Origin: an uncultured Acidimicrobiia bacterium
GTDB lineage: Bacteria; Actinomycetota; Acidimicrobiia; Acidimicrobiales; JACDCH01
Length of the DNA stretch: 64,000 bases
Assembly (NCBI GenBank): GCA_963802415.1
Contig: CAWDIH010000002.1
Span: 427,543 to 491,542 of the forward strand
Reading direction: 5' to 3'
In this document: positions 1 through 9,514 of the stretch, in pieces
Layout: each line of letters begins with the position of its first letter
Position numbering within the stretch: the stretch's first letter is position 1
The notes under the pieces: model-generated
What the model was told of the DNA's origin: nothing
The model's database searches: none
What the model saw: only the letters and a program-made list of their open reading frames with translations
Translations under genes and position numbers: made by a program

Positions 1-2
1 TC

Positions 3-302
3 ATCCGCGGCGGCGAGAACATCTACGCAGCCGAGGTCGAGGCCGCGCTGTACGAGCACCCCGACATCACCGAGGCCGCGATCATCGGCGTGCCCCACGA
101 TCGCCTCGGCGAGGAGGTCGGCGCGGTGGTGCGCGTGCGCGACAGCGTCAAGATCACGGAGGAAGATGTGCGGGCGCACGTCGCTGCCCGCCTCGCCGCC
201 TTCAAGGTGCCCGCGCACGTGTGGATGGTCGACGACGAGCTGCCCCGCAACGCGAGCGGCAAGGTTCTCAAGCGCGAGCTACGAGAGAACCTCATCAGGT
301 GA
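3..302 (+). CDS. acyl-CoA synthetase / AMP-dependent ligase, C-terminal fragment (5' end outside window)
   Basis: Open from the window edge in frame 3. IRGGENIYAAEVE...PRNASGKVLKRELR matches the ANL-superfamily C-terminal domain. Stop TGA at 300-302. Confidence 0.85.
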   Translation: MRGGENIYAAEVEAALYEHPDITEAAIIGVPHDRLGEEVGAVVRVRDSVKITEEDVRAHVAARLAAFKVPAHVWMVDDELPRNASGKVLKRELRENLIR

Positions 303-308
303 CTGACC

Positions 309-1293
309 ATGTCGGACGCTGACGCCGCCGCGCTCGGCGCCTGGCTGCGCGACAACATCGGTGTCGACGGCCCGCTCAGTCACGAGATCATCAGCGGCGG
401 CGCGTCGAACCTGACGATCGCGGTGACGATCGGCGGCGCCGAGCTCGTCGTCCGGCGCCCACCTGTCGGCGCGTTCCTGCCGTCGGCGAACGACGTCGCG
501 CGCGAGTACAGGTATCTCGCCGCGCTGCGCGAGACCGACGTCCCGGTCCCCGAGGTACTCGGGTTCTGCCATGACGCGAGCGTCATCGGCGCGCCGTTCT
601 ACGTGATGCGCCGGCTGCACGGCCTCGTCCCGCACGACCCCGGAGTGCTCGCCCACTTCTCGACGCAGGAAGCGCGCGCAGCGGGCAAGGACTTCATCCG
701 CGTGCTCAAGGCGATCCACTCCACGGACGTCGAGGCCGTCGGCCTCGGCGATGCGGCCAAGGGCACCGGCTACCTCCACCGCCAGGTGGCCCGCTGGACC
801 GATCAGTGGCACCGGTCGAAGGACGATGACGATCGGGTCATCGACGCGCTGTCGGACCAGTTGGCCGGTGCGATCCCGGCTTCGGGGCGCGCCACGATCG
901 TGCACGGTGACTACCGGCTCGGCAACGTCATGTTCGACGGCACGACGCGTCAACGGTGTACTCGACTGGGAGATGGCGACGATCGGCGATCCGCTCGCCG
1001 ATCTCGGCTACACGTTGCTCTGGTGGGGCACGACTGACCGGCCACCGATCAACTCGAGCCAGGCGGTCGCGGACCTGCCGGGCATGCCGTCGGCAAGCGA
1101 GGTGTGCACGCTCTACGGCACCGAGCCCGACGCGGTCCGCTTCCACGTTGTGCTCGCCGCGTTCAAGCTGACGATCATCGGCGCCGGCAACCGCGTCCGC
1201 GCGAAGCGGACTGGTATCGGCGTCCCGGTCGAGACGCACTCGCCGCTCGCCGCATGGGCGCTCGAGCTGTTGTCCGACCGCGTCCCGCTCTGA
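309..1293 (+). pseudogene. phosphotransferase (APH/choline-kinase-like) family protein, frameshifted near 940-950
   Basis: ORF 309-1037 carries ...IVHGDYRLGNVMFDGTT. ORF 751-1293 continues in the +1 frame with VNGVLDWEMATIGDPLADLGY. Together they form the contiguous HGDxxxxN...DWE catalytic core of this family. Confidence 0.8.
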
Positions 1294-1330
1294 CCGGGCA
1301 CGCGCCGCCGCCTAGCGTGACGGTCTCGCG

Positions 1331-1714
1331 ATGACCGGCCACGACACCGACGATCTCCTCGACGCGTTCTTTGCCGCCATCGAGCGCGGCGACATCGACG
1401 CCGTCGCCGATTTCTACGACGACGACATCGCCGTGTGGCACAACGTCACCGGCAACGCGCTCGACAAAGAGGCCAGCCTTGCGCTGCTTCGCTACTGGAG
1501 CCGCTCCGTGCGAGCGATGCGTTACGAGATCCTCGAGCGGCACGTGTTCGACGGCGGCGCCGTGCAGCGCCACGTCGTGCACGGTGAGGCCGGCGACGAC
1601 ACCATCGCCGCCCGGATCGCCATCGTCTTCCACATCGCCGACGGACACATCACCGCGATCTACGAGTACCTCGACCAGTCTCAGGTCGCCGCTGTGTTCG
1701 GACCCCTCCGCTGA
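1331..1714 (+). CDS. NTF2-like (SnoaL/ketosteroid-isomerase-like) protein
   Basis: 127-aa ORF. It is a paralog of the three tandem genes at 55497-56652, sharing FFDAxExGDxxxxxxxYxxDxxxWHNV and YEYLD. Confidence 0.7.
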   Translation: MTGHDTDDLLDAFFAAIERGDIDAVADFYDDDIAVWHNVTGNALDKEASLALLRYWSRSVRAMRYEILERHVFDGGAVQRHVVHGEAGDDTIAARIAIVFHIADGHITAIYEYLDQSQVAAVFGPLR

Positions 1715-1754
1715 GGCGAGGAGTTGCCACCCCCGAGCAGCATCCCGCCGGTCG

Positions 1755-3044
1755 CTAGAGCGGTACCGCCCGGCGCTGCAGCAGGCGGGATGCCTCGCGG
1801 ACACCTGTGATCCACGCCGAGTCGACGGTCGACGTGCCCCGCTCGCAGGTGTGCTCGCCCGCGAAGAGCACGCGGCCGTGAGGCGTCGCGAGAGCAGCGA
1901 GGTCGGCCGCATGCTGGGCAGGCTGGGTGCCCGGCGCGATGTTGGCGTAGCAGCCGAGCAGGAAGGGGTCGGTCGCCCAGCTCGTCGTGGCGAACGCGAT
2001 CGGCTCGGGCGTGTCGGGCCCGCCAATCGCACGGATCGTGTCGTGCAGTGCGGCGACTCGCGCCGCTTCGGGCATCGCCGCGAGTGAGCGGCCACGGTCG
2101 CCAGTGGCCATGCCGACGACGACGGGAACGCCGTACCAGGCGGAGAGGTCGAGGATCACCGGCCACTCCGGGTGCGGCGGGTCGACAATCGTGACGTGCG
2201 TCGGTTTGCCATCGACCTGCCACACGGCGCGCTCGTACGCGAGCACGACCTTCTCGAGCGCGCCGAAACCGACGCGCTCGATCGCCTCGACGACGGCGGC
2301 AGGCAGCGGCGGGTCGAACTCGATCATGCCCACCTTCAGCACCCCCAGTGGCACGGTGACGAGCGCGTGCGTGCCGCTGAAGCTGTCCGCCGACGTGTAC
2401 GCCGTGACGCTGTCCGAACCCTGCTCGATCCTCCGCACGGGTTGCGCCGTGTGGATGTCGATGCCGTCGGCGAGGTGCTCGACGACGCGGCGGTACCCGC
2501 CGAGTGGCATGACGTCCTTCTGCTCATTTCCTCCGCGATAGAAGTACGAGGCGAACGTCGCGAAATCGACCTCACTGGCGTCCTTTCCCTCGTTCATCGC
2601 GAGCAGCGCGCCCAGGGTGGCGCGAACGTTCGGGTCGATCTCGGCGAGCAACTCGGCCATCGCCTGGTCGAGGTCGAGGCCGGCGTCGAGCTTGCTGACA
2701 TCGGGGCCGCCGAGCACGAGCCCAGCCATCGCGTTGGAGAGCGCGACGCGGGCCTCGACGTCGGGGAAGGCGCCGTCGAGCCGGTTGAGCACCGACGCCC
2801 CGAGGGCGATGCCGGTCGTGGATGCCGGAAGGACTTCGATCCCGAGCGCGTCGACGAGCGGGAGCATCGGCGAACCGGCACCGTCGTGGATCCATGAGCC
2901 GCCGAGGTCGACGGCCGCGCCTCCGAGCTCGATCGTGTGCGTGCGGCCGCCAATCCGATCGCGGCCCTCGACGACCACGACGTCGACGCCGCTGAGCTGG
3001 AGCGCTCGCGCGGCGACGAGTCCGGAGATCCCGGCGCCCACCAC
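1755..3044 (-). CDS. flavin-containing amine oxidase (FAD-dependent)
   Basis: 429-aa ORF with the N-terminal GAGISGL...VVVEGRDRIGGR dinucleotide-binding motif. The first canonical start (GTG 3044) truncates the beta1 strand (VERVVVV is encoded upstream in frame), so the true start is uncertain. Confidence 0.8.
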   Translation of the reverse strand: MVGAGISGLVAARALQLSGVDVVVVEGRDRIGGRTHTIELGGAAVDLGGSWIHDGAGSPMLPLVDALGIEVLPASTTGIALGASVLNRLDGAFPDVEARVALSNAMAGLVLGGPDVSKLDAGLDLDQAMAELLAEIDPNVRATLGALLAMNEGKDASEVDFATFASYFYRGGNEQKDVMPLGGYRRVVEHLADGIDIHTAQPVRRIEQGSDSVTAYTSADSFSGTHALVTVPLGVLKVGMIEFDPPLPAAVVEAIERVGFGALEKVVLAYERAVWQVDGKPTHVTIVDPPHPEWPVILDLSAWYGVPVVVGMATGDRGRSLAAMPEAARVAALHDTIRAIGGPDTPEPIAFATTSWATDPFLLGCYANIAPGTQPAQHAADLAALATPHGRVLFAGEHTCERGTSTVDSAWITGVREASRLLQRRAVPL

Positions 3045-3201
3045 GACGACTCGTTCGACCGGCCCGTCTACACGTGTCGCGATGTGTCCCGGCGCGATCC
3101 CCTACGTGGACCATTGGTGACATCGGCGTGTTCGTCACGGCGTCGATCCTTGCACGTGCCTTCCGGCGTCCTCGGTTGGCTCGGTCGACGAAACTGGCGC
3201 G

Positions 3202-3815
3202 ATGGGCTGGTACATCGACCGGGTACTGCCACATGTCACCGACGTCTTACTGCGCGGCCCCGAGTTCTCCGCGGCTCGCGCACACGTCTGCGCGGGGCTC
3301 GAGGGTGAAGTGCTCGAGGTCGGCTTCGGGTCGGGCCGCAATGTGCCTCATTATCCGGCCGAGGTGGCGCGGGTGCGGGCGGTCGACCCGGCGACAGTGG
3401 GGCGGAAGCTCGCGGTCGCGCGGGTGGCGGCGAGCTCGATACCGGTCGAGTACGTCGGTCTGAGCGGCGAGCAGCTGCCGCTCGAGGACGCGAGCGTCGA
3501 TCACGTGCTCTCGACCTGGACGCTGTGCACGATCCCCGACGTCGAACGCGCCCTCGCCGAGATGCGCCGCGTGCTGCGACCGGGCGGAGCGTTGCACTTC
3601 GTGGAACACGGCCGATCGCCGCGACCGCGCATCGCTCGTTGGCAGGACCGGCTCACTCCGATACAGAGGCGCGTTTCGGGGGGTGCCACCTGAACCGGCC
3701 GATCGTCGAGCTGATCGAGGCCGCGGGGCTGCGTCCGGAGAAGCTCGACAACTACTACGCGCGGGGTCCGAAGCCATACGGCTACATGTTCGAAGGCGCG
3801 GCCATCAGGCGATGA
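3202..3815 (+). pseudogene. class I SAM-dependent methyltransferase, frameshifted near 3673-3683
   Basis: ORF 3202-3693 has VLEVGFGSGRN and LRPGGALHFVEH. The family continuation FGGCHLNRPIVELIEAAG...GYMFEG lies in ORF 3525-3815. The junction falls in a TTT/GGGGGG run. Confidence 0.8.
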
Positions 3816-3844
3816 CTTTCCGCACCGGGCGTCGTCCTACTGAT

Positions 3845-4070
3845 ATGACGACAACGACGTTCACTGGCATGCACACCGTCGCCGTTCCAGTGACGAATCA
3901 GCAGCGTACGAAGGCGCTGTTCGACTAGTTCGGGACTCCGACGTCTCTGGCGCTGGTGCAGACCGGACGTGAGGCGGATGCCGGTATCGATGCCGGCAAG
4001 CAACTGCGGCGAGGCCGAGCTCGAATGACGTTGGGATACGCGAGGCATACCCACCGAGTGGGTCCGCGCG
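3845..4070 (+). pseudogene. degenerate remnant of a VOC/glyoxalase-family gene
   Basis: MTTTTFTGMHTVAVPVTNQQRTKALFD followed by a stop resembles a VOC N-terminus. VOC-like fragments downstream (TSLALV...AGID) lie in other frames. Confidence 0.35.
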
Positions 4071-4076
4071 GGACCG

Positions 4077-4493
4077 TCAGCGTGCGTCGGAACCGTGGCA
4101 GACCACTTCCAGCATGAACCCGTGCGGATCAAGGAAGTAGGTGGCGTAGTGCTCGCCGTACTCCGGGAACTCGCGCGGAGCGTGCACGATGTCGGCGTCG
4201 CGGTCCACCGCCCAGTCGTGGGCCTCGCGGACGATGGCTCGCGTGGAGACCATGAACGAGAGGTGCTGAAGGCCCGTCCCGTGCCGCGAGTGCTCACGGG
4301 GTTCGAGCGCTTGGTAGAAGAAGATCTGCGAACCCAGAGCGCCATCCGGACCGTAGTTGAACTCCCCGGACGCCGTCGTCGGGAACCATGGCTTGAGTCC
4401 GAGAATCGGCATGAGCTCGTCGTAGTAGCGCCTCGCCGCGTCCACATCGGGGACACCGATACCAATGTGGTCGATGAATCCAGTCCGGGGCAC
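4077..4493 (-). CDS. VOC (glyoxalase/bleomycin-resistance/dioxygenase) family protein
   Basis: 138-aa ORF. FIDHIGIGVPD...YYDELM...HLSF...FLDPHGFMLEV is typical paired beta-alpha-beta-beta-beta VOC sequence. Confidence 0.8.
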   Translation of the reverse strand: MPRTGFIDHIGIGVPDVDAARRYYDELMPILGLKPWFPTTASGEFNYGPDGALGSQIFFYQALEPREHSRHGTGLQHLSFMVSTRAIVREAHDWAVDRDADIVHAPREFPEYGEHYATYFLDPHGFMLEVVCHGSDAR

Positions 4494-4521
4494 AGGTCCT
4501 CCTCACTTCGAGCGAGCTGAG

Positions 4522-4938
4522 TTAGTTCGCCCAGTCGGCTGCGCTCATGCCGTCGGCGTGACCGGCGGGCCACTGAACCAGCTCGATCCGGTTGCCGTCT
4601 GGATCGTCGATCCACGTCGTTCGAAAGTCTGCTGATCCGTCGGGCGATGTGGGCGTTTCGGCGTCGATGCCGCGGGCGGCGAGCTCGGTGAGCGCGACGT
4701 CCATCGACTCGACGTGGATCACGAAATGGGTGAGGCGGCTGCCGTCGTGTGCCTCGGCTTCGTTTGGATTGTGGACGAGTTCGATGGTGACGAACTCGTC
4801 GCCCGGAAGTTTGAGCATGGTCAGGTGTCCGAGGGTGGTCTCCGGGACGTTGCCCACGATCTCGTAACCCACGGCGGTGTAGAACGCGAGCGACCGGTCG
4901 AGATCGGCGACACGTAGTCCGAAGTGCAACGTCCTCAT
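4522..4938 (-). CDS. VOC family protein, glyoxalase I-like
   Basis: 138-aa ORF with HFGLRVADLDRSLAFY...IELVHN...HFVIHV...DPDGNRIELVQ. Confidence 0.8.
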   Translation of the reverse strand: MRTLHFGLRVADLDRSLAFYTAVGYEIVGNVPETTLGHLTMLKLPGDEFVTIELVHNPNEAEAHDGSRLTHFVIHVESMDVALTELAARGIDAETPTSPDGSADFRTTWIDDPDGNRIELVQWPAGHADGMSAADWAN

Positions 4939-5498
4939 CGGTTCCCCTCACCAGCCGGTATTTGCTTCGACTTCGTCTTTCGGTAGATGGTGCCGCCCGG
5001 CGCATACCAGCCCGCCTTCTTGCGGACTGCTGGCCTTGGGTCGTTGTCGCGAGCCTCAGACAAGGCTGTAGCCGCAACCTCGTCGGTATGGGTCCACCGT
5101 CCGACGACCTCACAGGCCATCGCGCGCACATGATCCGACACGTCGCTTTCGAGAAGCGCGATGGCACGAGGCAGAACCTCGTCCTTGTCCGGTCGATGGG
5201 CGTTGTCCTTGCAGCGGTCGCACGCGAGCGCGTGGAGCGTCTCGCGCCGGACTCGCGGGTCCCGGTCGTCAAGCATGGCGACGAGTTCTGGGAAGGACTC
5301 TTCGTCGACGAGATGGTCCAAAGCCTTCGCGCAGTACATCCGCACATCGGCATCGTCGTGCTCGAGACCCTGGCGAATGGCCGGCATGGCAACGTCGCCG
5401 CTCGCTACGAGGTGCCGGTAGGCGCGCCTTGCTCGCAGCGGATCGCCAAGGAGTGTCACCCAGCCGGTGAAGTCGTCGTGGTCCACCTGCAACTGCAT
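4935..5498 (-). CDS. HEAT-repeat domain protein
   Basis: Repeated DxxVRxxAxxAL helices (DADVRMYCAKAL, DPRVRRETLHAL, SDHVRAMACEVV). Start set at ATG 5498 because upstream ORF sequence overlaps the next gene. Overlaps the downstream VOC gene by 4 nt. Confidence 0.65.
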   Translation of the reverse strand: MQLQVDHDDFTGWVTLLGDPLRARRAYRHLVASGDVAMPAIRQGLEHDDADVRMYCAKALDHLVDEESFPELVAMLDDRDPRVRRETLHALACDRCKDNAHRPDKDEVLPRAIALLESDVSDHVRAMACEVVGRWTHTDEVAATALSEARDNDPRPAVRKKAGWYAPGGTIYRKTKSKQIPAGEGNR

Positions 5499-5586
5499 GC
5501 TCGAATTCTCGTGGACCGTAGTTTGCTGTGCCAGCGAGTACCGGAGACCGACTCCCGATGCCGCACTGACGTAAAGCAGTAGCCGT

Positions 5587-6543
5587 TCAGTCGCTATGGG
5601 AGTTGGCGAGGATCGCGCCATTACGAAACACGGAGACGGGACCGTCGTCACTGACGGCGATGACGGTGGCGAGCGGGTCGTCGTGGCTGTAGCGCCGGGC
5701 GGACGTGTGGCGCGTGCCTCTGAGTGGCTCGACGGTTTCTTCGGCGTGGTTGCTCGGGACGAGCCGCACGCCTAGCTGGCGCAGCACACCGTCGGCGTCG
5801 AAGACGGCAGCGCCGTCGACTTGGGAGAGCGCGTGACGCAGCGGTGCGAGATGCGTGGGGGTACGGATCCGCAACGGGGGTGGGGTCGGGAGCCGCTCCT
5901 CGACGGTAGGACCGGGATCACGGTCCGGTCGGTAGATGAGCACCGCACCAATGCGCAGCGAGCCGAGGTCGTGAACCGCGAACTCGAGCATGTCCTCGAT
6001 GACCGCGCTGTCGCCGTGGGTAAGGGGGGTGGTCACGGCATCGATCCAGGATTTGACGGGCGGCTCCCGATGCCAGCTGAAACCGTCCCAGCGGAGAACC
6101 CCGAAACTTCCGACGACCCGAACCGAGCCAGCAGGATGGCGCTGCACGATCGTGGCATCGAACACCGAGGCCAGCACCACCAGGTCACGCTCCGACCCCG
6201 CGGGGCGATTGAAGACCATCCATTCGGTCGTGCCATCGATCCGACGCAGCAGCCAACTCGACAGTCCGTCGGCGAATCGGCGGGCGTCGAGCAGGAGCTG
6301 GTTGTCAGCCGACCCGCGCAGGATCTCGAGTTGTGTGCCCGGCTCCCAGGTCGCCGGATCGGAACGAGGCTCGAGGATCGTGCCGCTGCTCACCACCCGC
6401 CGCTCGTGCACGTCCGGGCGCACAACGTGATCGACCTCCTCCAACAGCAGCGCCCGGAGTGCGTGCGCTCCTTCGACAACGAGCCCGCTTTCCTCCAGCT
6501 CCTCGGCGAGTCGTCGTTGCCGCGCGACTCCCGGATCAGACAT
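5587..6543 (-). CDS. diadenylate cyclase (DAC/DisA_N) domain protein with uncharacterised N-terminal region
   Basis: The C-terminal ~130 aa carry the DAC signatures IGAVLIY, DGAAVFD, GTRHTSARRYS and VIAVSDDGPVSVF. Start ATG 6543. The rest of the 531-aa track ORF is antisense shadow of the gene at 6664. Confidence 0.75.
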   Translation of the reverse strand: MSDPGVARQRRLAEELEESGLVVEGAHALRALLLEEVDHVVRPDVHERRVVSSGTILEPRSDPATWEPGTQLEILRGSADNQLLLDARRFADGLSSWLLRRIDGTTEWMVFNRPAGSERDLVVLASVFDATIVQRHPAGSVRVVGSFGVLRWDGFSWHREPPVKSWIDAVTTPLTHGDSAVIEDMLEFAVHDLGSLRIGAVLIYRPDRDPGPTVEERLPTPPPLRIRTPTHLAPLRHALSQVDGAAVFDADGVLRQLGVRLVPSNHAEETVEPLRGTRHTSARRYSHDDPLATVIAVSDDGPVSVFRNGAILANSHSD

Positions 6544-6663
6544 CGATCGGGACGCTATCGGTGGGCTGGCGGTGTCGAACCTGCGCCGCGCCGTTCGTCG
6601 GAGGGATGGAGCCCGGGCCCGGCCTCGACGATTCCTTTCCCCTGATGTGACAAGGAGGTTCCG

Positions 6664-7587
6664 ATGAAAGCCGTTCGCATCCAGAAGCCGGAGGGCTTCG
6701 AAGGCATTGAGGGTCTGTTGTACGAGGACACCCCTGATCCCCAGCCTGCGATCGGCGACGCGCTCGTGCAGGTGCGTGCCGCCAGCTTCACCCCGACCGA
6801 GCTGATGTGGCCCCTTCGGACCGATCGAGCCGGACACGACCGGGGGTCGTTGATCCCCGCCCATGAGGGGTCGGGTGTCGTGGTCGCGCTCGGCTACGGC
6901 ACCGCCGGCGTGTCGGTGGGCGACGAGGTCTTCGGACTGATCGACGGGTACCGCGATGGGTGGGCCGCCGAGTACGTGGCCATCGAGGCTCGCAGCTTGG
7001 CACCGAAGCCCACCACGGTCGACTTCGTCCAAGCCGCCGCCATCCCGCAGGCCGGGCTCACGTCGTGGCAGGCGTTGTTCGACCACGGCCGGCTCGAGAC
7101 CGGACAGACGGTGGTGATCCACGGAGCTGGCGGCGGGGTTGGGTCCATGGCTGTCCAGCTCGCCCACTGGGCCGGCGCGCACGTCATCGGTACTGGTCGA
7201 ATCGGCGCTCGCCAGCGCGTGCTCGGGCTCGGCGCCGACGATTTCGTGGACGTCGAGCGGGACGGTTGGGAGACGACGATCGGTCCCGTGGACCTGGTCT
7301 ACGACACCATCGGCGGCGACGTGCTCGCCCTTTCACCGGCGATCGTCAAGCCCGATGGCGCCCTCGTGTCCGTCATGGCTCCACCACAGACCGATCGGGA
7401 CGACGTCCGCACAGTTCACTTCGTACGCGACCCGAGCGGCGCCCAACTCCGCGAGATAGCTCGCCTCGTCGACCTGGGCGAGCTGCGCCCTCAGGTCAGC
7501 GCGGTCTACCCGCTGGCGGACGCGCGAGAGGCCTTCATGGCCAAGTCCACCAAGCACATCCCGGGCAAGGTCGTGCTGACACCCTGA
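6664..7587 (+). CDS. zinc-type alcohol dehydrogenase-like / NADPH:quinone oxidoreductase (MDR family)
   Basis: 307-aa ORF with a GroES-like N-terminal domain and the Rossmann motif VVIHGAGGGVGSMAVQLA. Confidence 0.85.
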   Translation: MKAVRIQKPEGFEGIEGLLYEDTPDPQPAIGDALVQVRAASFTPTELMWPLRTDRAGHDRGSLIPAHEGSGVVVALGYGTAGVSVGDEVFGLIDGYRDGWAAEYVAIEARSLAPKPTTVDFVQAAAIPQAGLTSWQALFDHGRLETGQTVVIHGAGGGVGSMAVQLAHWAGAHVIGTGRIGARQRVLGLGADDFVDVERDGWETTIGPVDLVYDTIGGDVLALSPAIVKPDGALVSVMAPPQTDRDDVRTVHFVRDPSGAQLREIARLVDLGELRPQVSAVYPLADAREAFMAKSTKHIPGKVVLTP

Positions 7588-7873
7588 CGTCTCGAACGAG
7601 GTGGCGCTGAGCATGTAGTTCGACTGTCGCTCGGGCAATGAGCATGTGTTGCTCATTCGCCGGGACCGGACTTCCTTCAGGGTGCGGGAATCCGCAGACC
7701 TCACCCCGGAAGGACATCACAGTGGACACCACCAACGCCACGCGAGACGCAGGGGAGCGCACCCCGCACCGAGGCGCTCCATCGCACCGAGCCGACACGC
7801 TGTATGAGGCGGCGTTGCGTCGCCGCCATCCAGACATCGCACCAGAGGTGCTCGATGCATGGAGCGAAGGACG

Positions 7874-9382
7874 ATGACCTCGATCATCAGCCCACTTCGG
7901 CGGGCGGCACAGGTAGGCGCGGATCGGTCCGCCATCACCTGCGGTCGTGAGCGCTTCACGTACAGGGAGACGTGGGATCGGTGCCAGCGCCTGCTCGCCG
8001 GCCTCCGCAAACGCGGCCTGGGGCACGGTGATCGTGTCGCCGTCATCGGGCCCAACTGTCACCGCTATCTCGAGTTGTACCTCGCCGTTCCCGGTGCGGG
8101 CATGGTGCTGGTGCCCCTGAACGCCCGCCACACGGATGCCGAACTGGCGTACGCGCTCGACGACTCCGGCGCCAAGATCGTCTTCACTGCTCGTGACCTG
8201 AGCGGTCTCACGACGGGCATCGACCGCATCGACCTGGCTGACGGGTACGAGGCGCTGCTCGCCGGTGCCGAGCCCGTCGACATTCCCGATCAAGACTTCG
8301 ACTCCACTCTGGCTGGCCTCTTCTACACCGGCGGCACGACCGGCGCGTCGAAAGGCGTCATGCTCACGCACCGAAACCTGATCGCCAACACGTTCCACTT
8401 CGGCATGTGCTGGCCGTTCACGCCGGACACGACCTGGCTCATCGCCGCACCCCTGTTCCACGCCGCCGGATCCATCGCGGTGCTCGCCACCGTGTGGAAC
8501 AGCGGTCACCACGTGGTCCTTCCGAGCTTCGACGCCGGCGCCGCGCTCGACTTGATCGAACGTCACGCCGTGACCTCGACACTCGTGGTGCCCACCATGC
8601 TGGCCGCGATGACCGAGGAGCAGTTCCGCCGGCCTCGGGACGTTTCCACCCTCGGCTACATCGCGCACGGCGGCTCACCGTGCGCAGTGGAGACCTTGCG
8701 TCGCGCGCACCAGGCGTTCCCGAACGCACAGCTGCTCCATGTGTACGGCGCCACCGAGACTTCTCCAATAGCGACGCTGCTCGCCCGAGAGGAGCGACTC
8801 CTCGACACTGACCGCGCTCGCTCGTGCGGCCAGGCCGCGGTCGGCGTCGATGTCACGGTCATCGACGACTTCGGTCGACCGGTGCCGGCGGGCGTCGTCG
8901 GGCAGGTAGTGGTCCGCGGGCACAACGTCATGGCGGGATACTGGAACAAGCCCGTCGAGACCGCAGCCGCGCTGGTCGATGGCGGCTACCGCACCGGCGA
9001 TCTCGGCTACCAGGACGAGGACGGCTACCTGTTCCTCGTCGACCGGGCCAAGGACATGATCGTCACGGGAGGCGAGAACGTCTACAGCACGGAGGTCGAA
9101 GACGCTCTTTACCTGCACCCGGCTGTACTCGAGGCTGCGGTGTACAGCATCCCTGATTCCCGTTGGGGCGAAGCTGTCCATGCAACGGTGGTTCCCCGGT
9201 GGCCAGTCGGCGAGGACGAGCTCATCCATCACTGCCGCAAGCTCATCGCCGGCTACAAGCTGCCCCGATCCATCGAGATCCGCAGCGAGCCCCTGCCCAA
9301 GTCGGGAGCGGGGAAGATCCTCAAGCGTGAACTTCGGGCTCATTTCTGGAGCGACGAACTGATCCGGGTGGGCGGTGCGTGA
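7874..9382 (+). CDS. long-chain fatty-acid--CoA ligase / AMP-dependent synthetase
   Basis: LFYTGGTTGASKGV (AMP-binding motif I), YRTGDLGY and PKSGAGKILKRELR. Start taken at ATG 7874. Confidence 0.9.
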   Translation: MTSIISPLRRAAQVGADRSAITCGRERFTYRETWDRCQRLLAGLRKRGLGHGDRVAVIGPNCHRYLELYLAVPGAGMVLVPLNARHTDAELAYALDDSGAKIVFTARDLSGLTTGIDRIDLADGYEALLAGAEPVDIPDQDFDSTLAGLFYTGGTTGASKGVMLTHRNLIANTFHFGMCWPFTPDTTWLIAAPLFHAAGSIAVLATVWNSGHHVVLPSFDAGAALDLIERHAVTSTLVVPTMLAAMTEEQFRRPRDVSTLGYIAHGGSPCAVETLRRAHQAFPNAQLLHVYGATETSPIATLLAREERLLDTDRARSCGQAAVGVDVTVIDDFGRPVPAGVVGQVVVRGHNVMAGYWNKPVETAAALVDGGYRTGDLGYQDEDGYLFLVDRAKDMIVTGGENVYSTEVEDALYLHPAVLEAAVYSIPDSRWGEAVHATVVPRWPVGEDELIHHCRKLIAGYKLPRSIEIRSEPLPKSGAGKILKRELRAHFWSDELIRVGGA

Positions 9383-9514
9383 TCGTTCGGGCGATCCTGC
9401 GCACCGCGGGTGACGCTCGCTGAGCGCATCGCAGCACCGGACTTCCGCCTTGGAACTCGAGCGAAGAGGTTCACAACGGCTTGCGCCGTGGATCGCGTGC
9501 CGACTCTTGGCGTC

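Noticed and set aside
3782-5392. A 536-aa ORF on the minus strand, the longest in this area.
   Set aside because: Its Arg/Ser/Pro/Thr-rich, low-complexity translation runs out of frame or antisense across three well-supported genes (two VOC, one HEAT). It is a typical high-GC shadow ORF.
5587-7182. A 531-aa ORF implying a much longer DAC-domain protein.
   Set aside because: The upstream 213 codons are antisense to the MDR oxidoreductase gene at 6664-7587 and are low-complexity. ATG 6543 gives a compact gene.
7588-7660. The hairpin AATGAGCA-tgtg-TTGCTCATT and the repeated TGAGCATGT downstream of the MDR gene.
   Set aside because: It is a single 8-bp AT-containing stem with no U-tract and no second copy in the window. 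It could be a weak terminator or operator, but there is not enough evidence to call it.
7722-7877. A 51-codon ORF (GTG after GGAAGGA) whose stop overlaps the CoA-ligase ATG (ATGA).
   Set aside because: Third-position GC is visibly lower than in neighbouring genes and no motif was recognised. It cannot be excluded as a coupled leader ORF, but support is insufficient.
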